44,776 nt of DNA from a virus. Taxonomy: Duplodnaviria > Caudoviricetes. The stretch lies in the IMG/VR virus record IMGVR_UViG_3300036861_000738; one strand, given 5' to 3'. Below the pieces are notes generated by a model that saw only the letters and a program-made list of their open reading frames with translations, was not told where the DNA came from and made no database searches. Each line of letters starts with the position of its first letter. The first letter of the stretch is position 1. The translations under genes were made by a program, and so were the position numbers. Positions 34,930 to 44,456 of the stretch are shown here, in pieces.

Positions 34930-36426
34930 ATGACCCGCACCGTCGTGGACCTGTTCGCCGGTGGCCCGTCCGGGTGGGAGTGGGCCGCCCGCGCCCTCGA
35001 CATCGACCCGATCGGCTTCGAGCTCGACCCGTGGGCGTGCGCGACCCGCGCCGCCGCCGGCCTGCGGACCGTCCGCGCCGACGTCGCCCGCCTCCCGGTC
35101 GGCCACCTCGCTGGCCGGGTGTGGGGCGTGGTCGCGTCGCCGCCGTGCCAGCAGTTCTCCGCCGCCGGGTCCGGCGCCGGCCGCCACGTCGAGCAGGTCC
35201 TGGCCTCGGCGATCGTTGACGCGCTGCGCGGCCGGCGCACCCTCGCCCGCCGCCGCCGCGAGATGGCGCGGGCGCTCCAGGCCGCCGGCTGGCCCGACTG
35301 GAAGCTGCCCCGCGCCGAGCGGTCCCGCCGCGCCTGGGCCGCCGTCCGCAACGCCGCCCTGGTCGTCCAGCCCGCCCGGTGGGTCGCGGCCACCCGGCCC
35401 GAGTGGGTCTGCATGGAGCAGGTCCCCGCCGTCCTCGGCCTGTGGCGGGTCTACGCCGCCGAGCTGCGCCGCCTCAGCTACAGCGCCTGGGCCGGCGTCC
35501 TCAACTCGGCCGACTACGGCGTCCCGCAGACCCGCGAACGGGCCATCCTCATCGCCTCGCGGGTGGGCGTCTCGACCGCGCCGGCGCCCTCCCACGCCCG
35601 CGACCCGCAGCCCACGCTGTTCGGCACGCTCGAGCGCTGGGTGTCGATGGCCGAGGCCTTGGGCTGGGCAGGCGCGGTCGAGACCGAGCAGACCAGCGAG
35701 GTGGCCGCCGGGCGGGTGCCGCACCTGGTCGGCACCGAACGGCCTGCACTGGCCGTGGTCGCCAACGCCGACCGCTGGCTGGTGCGGACCACCTACGGGC
35801 AGCCGCGCGACCACCCGAAGAACGGCAGCCACCTGCTCGACCCGCACGCCCGGCCCGCGCATGCGGTGACCAGCAAGGCGCGTAACTGGACGGTCCGCAC
35901 CGGCATCAATGGGATGAAGCACTCCCGCGACGTGGCCGACCTCGAGCCGTACGAGCGGCCCATCGACCAGCCCGCCCCGACCGTCCACCAGCCGCAACGC
36001 TGGCGCGTCGCGCCGGAGGGCGGCCACCGCCCCACGCCGCAGGAGTGGCGGCTGCGCAGTGGCAACCAGCCGAAGGCGACACAGCGGCCCCTCGGTGAGC
36101 CTGCACCAACGCTCGCCTTCGGCCACAACTCGGCCCGGGTGCAGTGGGCTGACCACCGCCCCGCCACCACCGTCCAGGGCGACCCGCGAGTAGGTCGCCC
36201 CGGCCACAAGCAGCGCGAGCACGGCGAGGGCCAGTTCGAGGCCGACGCGGTGCGGATCACCGTGCCGGAGGCGCTCGTGCTGCAGGGCTTCCCGCCCGAC
36301 CTGTCCGTCCAGGGCACCAAGACGGCCCAGTTCACCCAGGTCGGCAACGCCATCCCGCCGCAGCTCGCGCTGGCGGTGCTCGGCCAGGTCGTGCCCGCGC
36401 CCGAGGCCGGGCAGGTGCCGGCGTGA
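34930..36426 (+). CDS. C5 cytosine DNA methyltransferase
   Basis: VVDLFAGG (motif I), SPPCQQFS (IV), MEQV (VI), DYGVPQTRER (VIII), QGFP and QVGNAIPP (X). Confidence 0.92.
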   Translation: MTRTVVDLFAGGPSGWEWAARALDIDPIGFELDPWACATRAAAGLRTVRADVARLPVGHLAGRVWGVVASPPCQQFSAAGSGAGRHVEQVLASAIVDALRGRRTLARRRREMARALQAAGWPDWKLPRAERSRRAWAAVRNAALVVQPARWVAATRPEWVCMEQVPAVLGLWRVYAAELRRLSYSAWAGVLNSADYGVPQTRERAILIASRVGVSTAPAPSHARDPQPTLFGTLERWVSMAEALGWAGAVETEQTSEVAAGRVPHLVGTERPALAVVANADRWLVRTTYGQPRDHPKNGSHLLDPHARPAHAVTSKARNWTVRTGINGMKHSRDVADLEPYERPIDQPAPTVHQPQRWRVAPEGGHRPTPQEWRLRSGNQPKATQRPLGEPAPTLAFGHNSARVQWADHRPATTVQGDPRVGRPGHKQREHGEGQFEADAVRITVPEALVLQGFPPDLSVQGTKTAQFTQVGNAIPPQLALAVLGQVVPAPEAGQVPA

Positions 36427-37076
36427 CCGCGCTCGAGCCCTACTACGATGACGGCACGGTCCGCCTCTATGTCGGTGACTGCCGCAGGGTCCTGCCCGAG
36501 CTCGACCCGGCCGCATTCGCCGTGCTGGCCGGTGACCCGCCCTACGGGATCGGCTACCGCTCTGGCCAGTACGGGACGCTGCCACGGTCGATCCTTGGCG
36601 ATGAATCCACCCTGATCCGGGACGCCGCCCTCGAATGGTGGGGCAGCCGGCCGGCGCTGGTCTTCGGCTCTTGGAAGATCCCCCGCCCGGCCAGCACCCG
36701 GATGCGGCTGGTCTGGGACACCAAGGGCGCCAACGGCATGGGCGCGCTTGACCTGCCTTGGAAGCCATCCGACCAGGAAATCTACGTCCTCGGCCGGGGC
36801 TTCCACGGTCGCCGCGACTCCAACGTCCTCCGCTTCGCCCCCGTGCAGAGCCTTGCCCGCAACGGTCGCGTCCACCCGCACGAGAAGCCCGTCGACCTGA
36901 TGCGCGCGCTACTGCTCAAGTGCCCACCCGGCGCGGTCATCGACCCGTGGTGCGGTAGCGGCCCTACCCTGCGGGCCGCAAAGGACCTCGGCCGCCCCGC
37001 CGTCGGCATCGAGCTGGAAGAGCGCTGGTGCGAGCAGGCTGCCCGCCGGCTCGCCCAGGAAGTGCTCGCTGTATGA
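36423..37076 (+). CDS. N6-adenine/N4-cytosine DNA methyltransferase
   Basis: GDC, DPPYG, HPHEKP, DPWCGSGPT and GIELEERWC motifs. Confidence 0.92.
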   Translation: MTALEPYYDDGTVRLYVGDCRRVLPELDPAAFAVLAGDPPYGIGYRSGQYGTLPRSILGDESTLIRDAALEWWGSRPALVFGSWKIPRPASTRMRLVWDTKGANGMGALDLPWKPSDQEIYVLGRGFHGRRDSNVLRFAPVQSLARNGRVHPHEKPVDLMRALLLKCPPGAVIDPWCGSGPTLRAAKDLGRPAVGIELEERWCEQAARRLAQEVLAV

Positions 37077-37296
37077 CCGCCCAGCCCGCCCCTGCGGTGG
37101 TCGGCCCGGTGCGGCTGACGTGCGGCCCGTGCGGGGTGGTGCTGTACGTCGCCGGCCAGCCCGAGACGGTCAGGCGGCTCACCGAGGGTTTCGAGGCGGC
37201 GCACCCGCACGAGGCGCCCGGCCACGGACCGGCGGCGTGGCCGCCGAGCTCCGACGGCCGCGAGCCACGACGACCCGACGCCACCAGGAGGACGAG

Positions 37297-37725
37297 ATGA
37301 ACATCAACGCGATCAAGGCCCGCCGCGACGCCGCCCGCATGTGGGCCGCTGGTGTCGCGCCCTACTCGACCGGCTTGGGCATCGACCCCGACGGCGAATT
37401 CCACGATCACGCCGCCCAGGACATCGACGACCTGTTGGCCGTCCTTGACCCGCTGCTGCCCTACCTCCACCACGACCAGCCGGTCGAGACGCTGGCCGAG
37501 GTCGTCCAGATGATCCGTGAGAGCCACGAGCGCGCCCCGTTCATTACCGAGGACTGGCACCGCGAGCGGCAGGACCGGGAGTTCTACGAGGGCCTGCTTC
37601 GTGAGTGCGAACAGGCCATCGGCCCGAAGGCCGATGGCGACCCGGCCCTGCGTGAGCTGGCCAGCCGCCTCCGGGCCGTCCTTGCTGATGAGGACGAGGA
37701 CGCCGGCCCGATCGTCGGAGCCTGA
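37297..37725 (+). CDS. Hypothetical protein
   Basis: AGGAGG RBS; acidic and helical. Confidence 0.6.
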   Translation: MNINAIKARRDAARMWAAGVAPYSTGLGIDPDGEFHDHAAQDIDDLLAVLDPLLPYLHHDQPVETLAEVVQMIRESHERAPFITEDWHRERQDREFYEGLLRECEQAIGPKADGDPALRELASRLRAVLADEDEDAGPIVGA

Positions 37726-37746
37726 GACCCACTGAGGAGCCCCGCC

Positions 37747-38286
37747 ATGCCCCGCCGCCACGACCTCGACGACCGCCCGCCGCGCGGCACCCGCCGCCTG
37801 GAGCCCGTCCCCGACCGGCCCCGCCCCCTCGCCGTCTCCCCGCGGTCGCTGCGCCGCCTGGCGCCATCGACCGCGCAGTCCTGGGCCGGGCGGGGCACCT
37901 GCGCGGCCGGCCACGCCGGCACCTCCTACCCCGCCGACCTGTGGTGGCCCGAAGGCGCCGGCGACCCCCGCGCCCTGGTCGCCGCGCAGGTCTGCAAGCT
38001 CTACTGCCCGGTCCGGCAGGAGTGCCTCGACTACGCCGAGGCGAACGACGAGCCGACCACCGACCGGATCGGCGGCGGGATCTGGGGCGGCCTGCAACGC
38101 CGCGAACGGCGCGCGCTGCGCCGGTCGGGCTGGCGGCCCGGGATGCCCGCCCCGGCCGTCCCCGAGCTGACCCGCACCGACGAGGCGGCGGTGCTCGCCT
38201 CCGAGTGGGCCAGGTGGCTGCCCGTCCCCGTGCTGGCCGAGATCGCGTCGCGGTGGCAAGCCGCCCAGGCTCGCAAAGCCGTGTGA
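37747..38286 (+). CDS. whiB: WhiB-family transcription factor
   Basis: C...LWWP...AQVCKLYCPVRQECLDYA...GIWGGL..RERR. Confidence 0.88.
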   Translation: MPRRHDLDDRPPRGTRRLEPVPDRPRPLAVSPRSLRRLAPSTAQSWAGRGTCAAGHAGTSYPADLWWPEGAGDPRALVAAQVCKLYCPVRQECLDYAEANDEPTTDRIGGGIWGGLQRRERRALRRSGWRPGMPAPAVPELTRTDEAAVLASEWARWLPVPVLAEIASRWQAAQARKAV

Positions 38287-38319
38287 CAGCCTGTGCGCAC
38301 CCCCGGATATGATCCCGCC

Positions 38320-38613
38320 ATGCCCGTCCACCAGGCCGGCGACCCGATCGCGGTCCACGAGTTCAGCTGCCACGACCCCGAGCAGCACCACCGCGCCGTC
38401 CGCCGCGGCCACGTCATCGAGGTCTGCGAGTCCCGCTCGCCCAAGCACCCCGAGGTGGTCGCCTACTACTACCGCGCCCGCCTCGACTCGGGCGAGGTCG
38501 TGCAGCTGTCCGGCGACCACTACGGCGGCCCGTTCGGCTGGCAGCCGGCCGACTGGTCGGAGACGGCCTGCCCGAACTGGCGGCCCGCAACGATCCAGAG
38601 GGAGGCGTCGTAG
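38320..38613 (+). CDS. Hypothetical protein, possibly leaderless
   Basis: ATG 7 nt after TATGAT; operator at 38284-95 upstream. Confidence 0.55.
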   Translation: MPVHQAGDPIAVHEFSCHDPEQHHRAVRRGHVIEVCESRSPKHPEVVAYYYRARLDSGEVVQLSGDHYGGPFGWQPADWSETACPNWRPATIQREAS

Positions 38614-38615
38614 CC

Positions 38616-38927
38616 ATGGCCACCGCCACCAAGCGCCGCGCGTACCCGCTCAAGGTCGAGCGGTGGGGCGAGGACGGCGAGCTGCTGCTGTCCCGCGGCC
38701 ACCATGAGCCGCGCACCTTCCGGGAGGCCGCCCAGGAATTCTGCGTCGAGGACGCCGACGACACCGCGCTCGCCGGCCGGATCGGCAGCGAGCGGGTCTA
38801 CCGCGAGTGGTGGCGGTTCGTGCCCCACCACGACGACGGGTCCGAGTGGGCCGACATGCGCATCTACCACCAGGCGCCCGGCCCAGGTCGCGGCGTGTTC
38901 CCCGTCACCTACCTCAGCCTCGACTAG
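38616..38927 (+). CDS. Hypothetical protein
   Basis: GGGAGG RBS. Confidence 0.6.
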   Translation: MATATKRRAYPLKVERWGEDGELLLSRGHHEPRTFREAAQEFCVEDADDTALAGRIGSERVYREWWRFVPHHDDGSEWADMRIYHQAPGPGRGVFPVTYLSLD

Positions 38928-38937
38928 GAGCGTCGCC

Positions 38938-39270
38938 ATGCCAGAGGCAGAGAACCCCTTCGCAAGCTGGGCGATCGTCGATCTCATGGGCAAGATTCGC
39001 CTGGGCGGGTACGCGACGGAGGAGACCCACTTCGGCCAGTCGATGCTCCGCCTCGACGTGCCCGATGGCACCGGCGAGCTGCGGACCCGCTACTTCGGCG
39101 GCGGCGCGATCTACTCCGTGTCGCCGTGCTCGGAGGAGCTGGCCCGGTGGGTCGCCAAGGGCGCCGACCCCGCCCCGGTGAAGCGCTGGGAGCTGCCCGC
39201 CCCCGACCACGACGACCCGGACGACGACGACGACCAGCAGGCGCTGCTCGTGGGGCCGGAGTTCGACTGA
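38938..39270 (+). CDS. Phage hypothetical protein
   Basis: AGGAG RBS; WAIVDLMG...LRLDVP...AIYSVSPCSEE. Confidence 0.65.
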   Translation: MPEAENPFASWAIVDLMGKIRLGGYATEETHFGQSMLRLDVPDGTGELRTRYFGGGAIYSVSPCSEELARWVAKGADPAPVKRWELPAPDHDDPDDDDDQQALLVGPEFD

Positions 39271-40337
39271 TGGCCGCCCGTATCGACGCCCGAGGCGTCT
39301 GCACCGGCTGCCGCATGCTGGCTGCCGACTGCATCTGCCCGCTCGACTTCGACCCGCAGGCAGCGGTGCGCGAGCACCTGCCGAGTGGCCCGCTGACCGG
39401 CGGGATCGTGTGGCCGCCGGCCGATCCGCATGCCCCGCTGGACTTCTCGGCCCGCCGGGACTTCGAGCGCCTGCGCGAGCAGCTCGACCAGGCCACGGTG
39501 CTGCGGTGGCGGCTCGACCGCCTGGCCGTCGTCGGCCGGACGCGCTGCGAGCGCTGCCAGGCCGACCACGACGTCTACGCGGTCCGGGAGGCCTCGTGAC
39601 CGGCGGCTGGATCTGGGTCGGCTGCATCGTGATCGTCGTGGTCGCGCTCGGGATCGCGCTGCTGCTGGACTCGGCGGACCGGCGCTGATGGCCACGATCC
39701 TGGTCAGCCTCACGGCCTGCTGGGCGCGTCGCGACGACGCCCCGCCGTTCGAGGACCCCACCCGCAGCCACCCGGCCGAAGAGGCCCACACCTGGGCATG
39801 CCGCGCCGAGGTCCCCGCCGACGACCCGCTCGGCCTGTGCGCCCACCACCGCGCCCAGCTCGCCCGCCGGGTGCCGCGGTGAGCCGGGCCGGCTGGATCG
39901 CGGTGGTCCTCGCCGTGCTGGTCGTCGCGCTGCTGGTCGCCCCGGCCGTCTACTTCGCGGCGGCGATGCGGCCATGAGCCTCACCGGCTGCTGCAAGTGG
40001 TGCCGCCACACCATGACGAAGGTGAAGCGGGCCTCGGGGATCTGGTGGTACTGCGCCGCCTGCGACCCCCACCTCGCCGGCATCCCCGAGGTGGCCTGAT
40101 GAGCCTCGCCGACCCGACCGCGCCCTGGTACGCCCACGCCACCCGCCAGCGCCTCGAAGACCGCGCCGCCGGCCGCATCACCGAGGCGGAGAGCCGCCAG
40201 CTCGCCGCCGAGATCCGCGACGCCGTGTGGGCACCAGCCGGGGCGAACAGTGGTACGGTCCCGCTGGCGGGCCGGACCGGAGAGCGTGAAGCCTTGACGG
40301 GAAGCAGCCGGCCCGCCACGCCCGCCAGGAGGGCCGG

Positions 40338-40886
40338 GTGAGCGAGCGCGTCCCGCCCATCCCGATGGGCCTCGCCCACCGCCCCACCACGGGCGGCCTC
40401 GTGATCCCCTGGGTCAACGTCGCCCTGGCCGACGGCGGCGCCGACTTCCGCTCGGTCCACCACTCGCGCTGGGTCCGGTGCTGGACGCAGGGGATCTGCC
40501 AGTCCTGCGGCGAGGCGCTCGGCAGCCCGGTCGTCATGCTCGGCGGCCCCAACCAGCTCGCCGGCTACTTCGACGAGCCGCCCCTGCACCCGTGGTGCGC
40601 CTCCTACGCCACCAGGGCGTGCCCGATGGTCGCTGGCCGCATGCCGCGCTACGCCGACCGGCAGCACGTCTCCGAAGGCGTCCGCGGGCGCTCCTGCCCG
40701 GAGCCCGGCTGCGACTGCGCCGGCTGGGTCCCGCACACCCGAGGCTCCGCTGGCGGCGAGCCGGCGCACGAGTGGTGGGCGGTCTGGTGCCGCTCCTGGT
40801 CGATCGCGGTCACGCCCGAGCGGCGCCTGCTCGGTGGTGTCCCGGCCGATGAGGTGCGCCGCTACCTCGTGTCCACCCCCGCCTGA
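40338..40886 (+). CDS. Cys/His-rich hypothetical protein
   Basis: CQSCG, EPPLHPWCASYATRACP and C.EPGCDC. Confidence 0.65.
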   Translation: MSERVPPIPMGLAHRPTTGGLVIPWVNVALADGGADFRSVHHSRWVRCWTQGICQSCGEALGSPVVMLGGPNQLAGYFDEPPLHPWCASYATRACPMVAGRMPRYADRQHVSEGVRGRSCPEPGCDCAGWVPHTRGSAGGEPAHEWWAVWCRSWSIAVTPERRLLGGVPADEVRRYLVSTPA

Positions 40887-41085
40887 CCACCGCTGGTGCC
40901 GACAGGCTGTATCCTCCCGGCATGAGCGCCCCCGGCCCGATCAGCCCACCACCCGGCGGCAACGACGAACCCAGCGCGATCCGAGGTGGCCTGATCAGCC
41001 TCATCGTCCTGCTCGCCGTCGCCGGGCTCGTGTGGCTCCTAGTCGGCGGCCACCGGGTGCCCTGGTGAGCGCTGAGAGGAGACCG

Positions 41086-41388
41086 ATGAACGCCCAGCCG
41101 CAAGCTCTCTTCCCCTTCCTCGCCCCCGGCGACCGGTGCACCCTGGTCCTCGTCAACGGCCGCGTCTGCCCCGGCACCGTCATCGACCTGGACGCCCGCG
41201 ACGGCGAGCTGCGCTGGGTCCGCGTCCAGTCCGACGCCCAGGGCGAGGGCGCGGTGACCGTCCAGGGCCGCGCCATCGCCGTGTGGCGCAGGGGCGAACC
41301 CATCCAGGCCAAGCCGCAGATCGTCGAGACGCAGGTCGCCCCGGCGGACCTGGCCCGCCTCATCGGCAACGGCAGGCCCGGCCGCTGA
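41086..41388 (+). CDS. Hypothetical protein
   Basis: AGGAG RBS. Confidence 0.6.
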   Translation: MNAQPQALFPFLAPGDRCTLVLVNGRVCPGTVIDLDARDGELRWVRVQSDAQGEGAVTVQGRAIAVWRRGEPIQAKPQIVETQVAPADLARLIGNGRPGR

Positions 41389-41396
41389 CCCTGCCG

Positions 41397-41651
41397 GTGA
41401 GCCGGGGCTGGAAGGGCGGCTCGACCCGAGCCTGGCGCCGCGTCCGCCGCCAGGTCCTCGAACGCGACGGCTACCGCTGCCAGCTCAAGCTCGATGTGTG
41501 CACCACCCGGGCCACCACCGCCCACCACGTCAAGGGCAAGGCGATGGGCGACGACCCCCGCTTCCTCGTCGCCGCGTGCCAGCCGTGCAACCTCAAGGTC
41601 GGCGACCCCACCAAGCACGACCCGGCGCCGCTGCCGTGGGGAGGATGGTGA
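41397..41651 (+). CDS. Packaging-associated HNH endonuclease (HK97 gp74-like)
   Basis: WRRVRRQVLERDGYRCQ...C...HH...LVAACQPCN. Confidence 0.85.
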   Translation: MSRGWKGGSTRAWRRVRRQVLERDGYRCQLKLDVCTTRATTAHHVKGKAMGDDPRFLVAACQPCNLKVGDPTKHDPAPLPWGGW

Positions 41652-42110
41652 ATCTGTGAAGCGGACACCATGGTGGCGTGACCCCGGAACGCTGCTGGTC
41701 CTGGGCCTGATCGTGGGTGGCCTCGTGATCATCGGCGTCGTCAACGGTTGGCGCTGACGTAAGCCAGGCTGGTGATCATGAACGACGCTCCTCGGTGCAC
41801 GGCGCGGTTTGAGCGGATGCAGCCGCGCGTCTGGTGCATGCTCGACCTCGGCCACGACGGCGACCACCAGGTCACCGACACGCTGTACAAGCTGACCTGG
41901 AACGACCGGGCCGCCAAGCACGTCGTGCCGAAGACGCTGACGCCTCAGCCCTGCGCTGGCGGCCCGGCCACGACGGCCAGTGGGTAGGCGGCGACCGCGT
42001 CCCGCAGGTCGGTCCAGTAGGCGTTGTGCTCCAGGATGCCGCGCCGGGTCACGGCAACGAATGCCTGCGCTGCAGCGACAAGCCGAACCTCACGATCGTC
42101 CATCCGGCCC

Positions 42111-42338
42111 TCACCGCCTGGCCCGGATGAGCAGGTACACCAGCACGGCGACCACATCGAACACCACCCACAGCACCAGGACCAGCGCCGACAGGGCTAT
42201 GTTCCGCACGCTGGCCGCCACCAGCCACCAGGCGAACAGGACGTTGTAGAGCAGGACCACCCACACGCCGATGCGGGACCGGCGCCGAGGCCGGTCGTGA
42301 CGGCGGGCGGCCATGGCCTGGCGGGTCGCCTCGAACAT
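42111..42338 (-). CDS. Small two-TM membrane protein
   Basis: GAGGAGG RBS; two hydrophobic helices. Confidence 0.6.
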   Translation of the reverse strand: MFEATRQAMAARRHDRPRRRSRIGVWVVLLYNVLFAWWLVAASVRNIALSALVLVLWVVFDVVAVLVYLLIRARR

Positions 42339-42681
42339 GGTGGTCCCTCCTCCTCACGGGGTCCGAGCACGAGCCGACAGAGGCTACCCCACCTGGGGCG
42401 GCCACCAGCGGTGAACGCGGAGCGTGGCCACGACGAGGCGACGTCGCTTGTTCGCACGGACAACGACGGCTCGCGAAAGTTACCTCGGCTTGGGGGGACG
42501 GACAGGGCTCGAAGGGGCTGTTTTTCCCTCCCCCGCGCCGCTGCAAACCCGCAGGTCAGAGGCTTGCCGGTCCGGCGGTCTGTCCGAGTCGCACCATCCT
42601 GCTGGATCGCTGAGTGTCGTCGGTCCCAATCCGGACATACCCGCTGCCCCGTCGGTCCCCCGATTGTCCGTGGGAACAAAG

Positions 42682-42724
42682 CCGGCCTCGGCGATGGTCC
42701 TGCGTCGCCACGCATCGTGGCCGG
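42682..42724 (-). terminator. Stem-loop downstream of the portal gene
   Basis: Pairings CCGGCC/GGCCGG, CGATG/CATCG and TGCGT/ACGCA (partly alternative). Confidence 0.4.
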
Positions 42725-42725
42725 G

Positions 42726-43973
42726 TCAGGCGCCTACCTGGGCGGGGTCGGGCTGTGGCTGGGCGGGCTGGGGTGGTGGTGCGGGTGCTTTCGGGGCCAT
42801 CTTGACAGACGGCCAGCCGCACAGCAGCGCCGCGTCGCCGGGGTCGACGCCGGCATCGACCAGGGTCTTGAACGCGGTCGCTTTCGAGGTCCGCTCCCGG
42901 TCGTCCGATTCGCGGTCGGGCGGCTCGGGGTTGTCGTGGTCGAGCTCGATCGCCGCAGCGGTCTCCCCGAACATGGGCAGGAGCTTGGCGTTGGCGGCGC
43001 CCTTCATCCTGGCCAGGCGCGGGCGGACCAGCCACTTCCCGAACGAGGTGGCGCCGGCTTCGGCGTTGGCCTTGTTGACGTCCTCGCTCAAGCCGAGCAT
43101 GTGGCCGTGCATGCCGTAGGCCTCGCGGATGACCTCGCGGGACAGCTTGCGCAGCTCGGCGAACTGCATGTCCCGCTGGGAGATCACCCGGTCCTTCCAG
43201 GTGCCCTTCTCGAGGATGGCGACGCGGTGGGCGGCGGCGACGCCCTGGTGCTGCTCCCGCCACCGGGTGGTGAACTCGTCGAACTCGGGGTCGGTGAGCT
43301 TGTCGGGGAACTCGATGATGCCGCCCGGCTCGGCGGAGTTGAGGAAGAAGTTGCGGTTCCACTCCGCGCTGTACTTGGCGGCGTCGAGGTCGGCGAGGAT
43401 CGCCTGCACAGGCCCCAGGCCCCGGTAGGGGTCCAGGGGGTTGGGCAGCTTGATCTGGATGACCTCGTTGAGCTGCAGCGGGACCTGTTCGCCGTCGGGG
43501 CCGCGGTAGATGTAGCCGGACAGGTACCGGGTGGGGTGGGGGACCGGGGTCATCCGGTCGGGCCGGATCGTCCACAGGTCGAGGGGCAGGTCGGCCAGGG
43601 GCGAGCGGCCGATCACCCACCAGCCTTCGCCGACGAGGTCGAGGTGCTGCTGGGTGGCCTCGCGGAACTCCTGGCCGGTCTGCCAGGGGTTGGGCTTGTT
43701 CCACAGGTCGACGGCGGCGTGGCGGGTGACCTCGGTGCGGGTCTGCTCGGCCTCGTAGCGGCGGCGGCCATCGGTCGAAGTGCGGTACAGGCGCCAGTCG
43801 ACCTGGCTGGTGGCTTCGGAGAGGCGGTGGACGATGGCGAACAGGGTGCCGACCGATCCGTAGGCGCGGAGTTGCGCCTCGGCGGTGTTGGGGTGGAACA
43901 GCGGCAGCTCCAGCGCCCGGCTGGCCATCTTGACCGGGGTCTGGTTGCGCAGGAGCTTGAGCGTCGACCTCAT
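42726..43973 (-). CDS. Portal protein, HK97 family
   Basis: LWNKPNPWQT..EF, LVGEGW, GLGPVQA, NFFLNSAEPGGII and DMQFAELRK motifs. Confidence 0.95.
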   Translation of the reverse strand: MRSTLKLLRNQTPVKMASRALELPLFHPNTAEAQLRAYGSVGTLFAIVHRLSEATSQVDWRLYRTSTDGRRRYEAEQTRTEVTRHAAVDLWNKPNPWQTGQEFREATQQHLDLVGEGWWVIGRSPLADLPLDLWTIRPDRMTPVPHPTRYLSGYIYRGPDGEQVPLQLNEVIQIKLPNPLDPYRGLGPVQAILADLDAAKYSAEWNRNFFLNSAEPGGIIEFPDKLTDPEFDEFTTRWREQHQGVAAAHRVAILEKGTWKDRVISQRDMQFAELRKLSREVIREAYGMHGHMLGLSEDVNKANAEAGATSFGKWLVRPRLARMKGAANAKLLPMFGETAAAIELDHDNPEPPDRESDDRERTSKATAFKTLVDAGVDPGDAALLCGWPSVKMAPKAPAPPPQPAQPQPDPAQVGA

Positions 43974-44215
43974 TCGCCGGCCCGCAGCTCGAGGACGAAG
44001 AACGCGAGGCCGGCGACGGCCAGGCCGAGCGGCACGGCGACCATGGCGGCTGCGGCGGTGAAGCAGGCCAGGCCGGCGACGGCCAGGCCGTGCTCGGCGA
44101 CGACGCCGGCCAGCCGGGTGGTGCGGGTCCGGGTGCCTGCCCGCTGCTCGCGGCGCTGGCGCGCGGCGTGCCGGGCGGCGCGCCACCCGACGGCGAGGGC
44201 TTCCATCGTGCTCAT
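43970..44215 (-). CDS. Small membrane protein between terL and portal
   Basis: AGGAAGG RBS; two hydrophobic helices; coupled to the portal gene. Confidence 0.7.
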   Translation of the reverse strand: MSTMEALAVGWRAARHAARQRREQRAGTRTRTTRLAGVVAEHGLAVAGLACFTAAAAMVAVPLGLAVAGLAFFVLELRAGE

Positions 44216-44226
44216 GAGCGTCCTTC

Positions 44227-44445
44227 CTACTCGGGCGGCAGGGCGGCGCGGACGAAGCAATCCTTGGCCTCCAGGAGCTTGCACAGGCCCGTGGTCAACT
44301 CAGGGCCGTCGGGCAGCTCGCGGATCATGGCCTCGGCGAGGTAATGGCTGTAGGCCGAGACGGTGCGCATGGGCTCGGGCAGGTGCTCGTAGGTGAAGAA
44401 CCGGGCGATCTGCTGCGTTGCGGGGTGCCGGCCTTCAAGCTTCAT
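44227..44445 (-). CDS. 72-aa helical-hairpin protein
   Basis: GGAGG RBS; FFTYEHLP...LPDGPELTTGLCKLLEAKDCFVRAAL. Confidence 0.75.
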   Translation of the reverse strand: MKLEGRHPATQQIARFFTYEHLPEPMRTVSAYSHYLAEAMIRELPDGPELTTGLCKLLEAKDCFVRAALPPE

Positions 44446-44456
44446 CGTTGCCTCCG

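Noticed and set aside
42592-42599. CACCATCC as an inversion repeat for the packaging block (reverse complement near 1677-1684)
   Set aside because: Only 8 bp, which is expected by chance; it does not extend.
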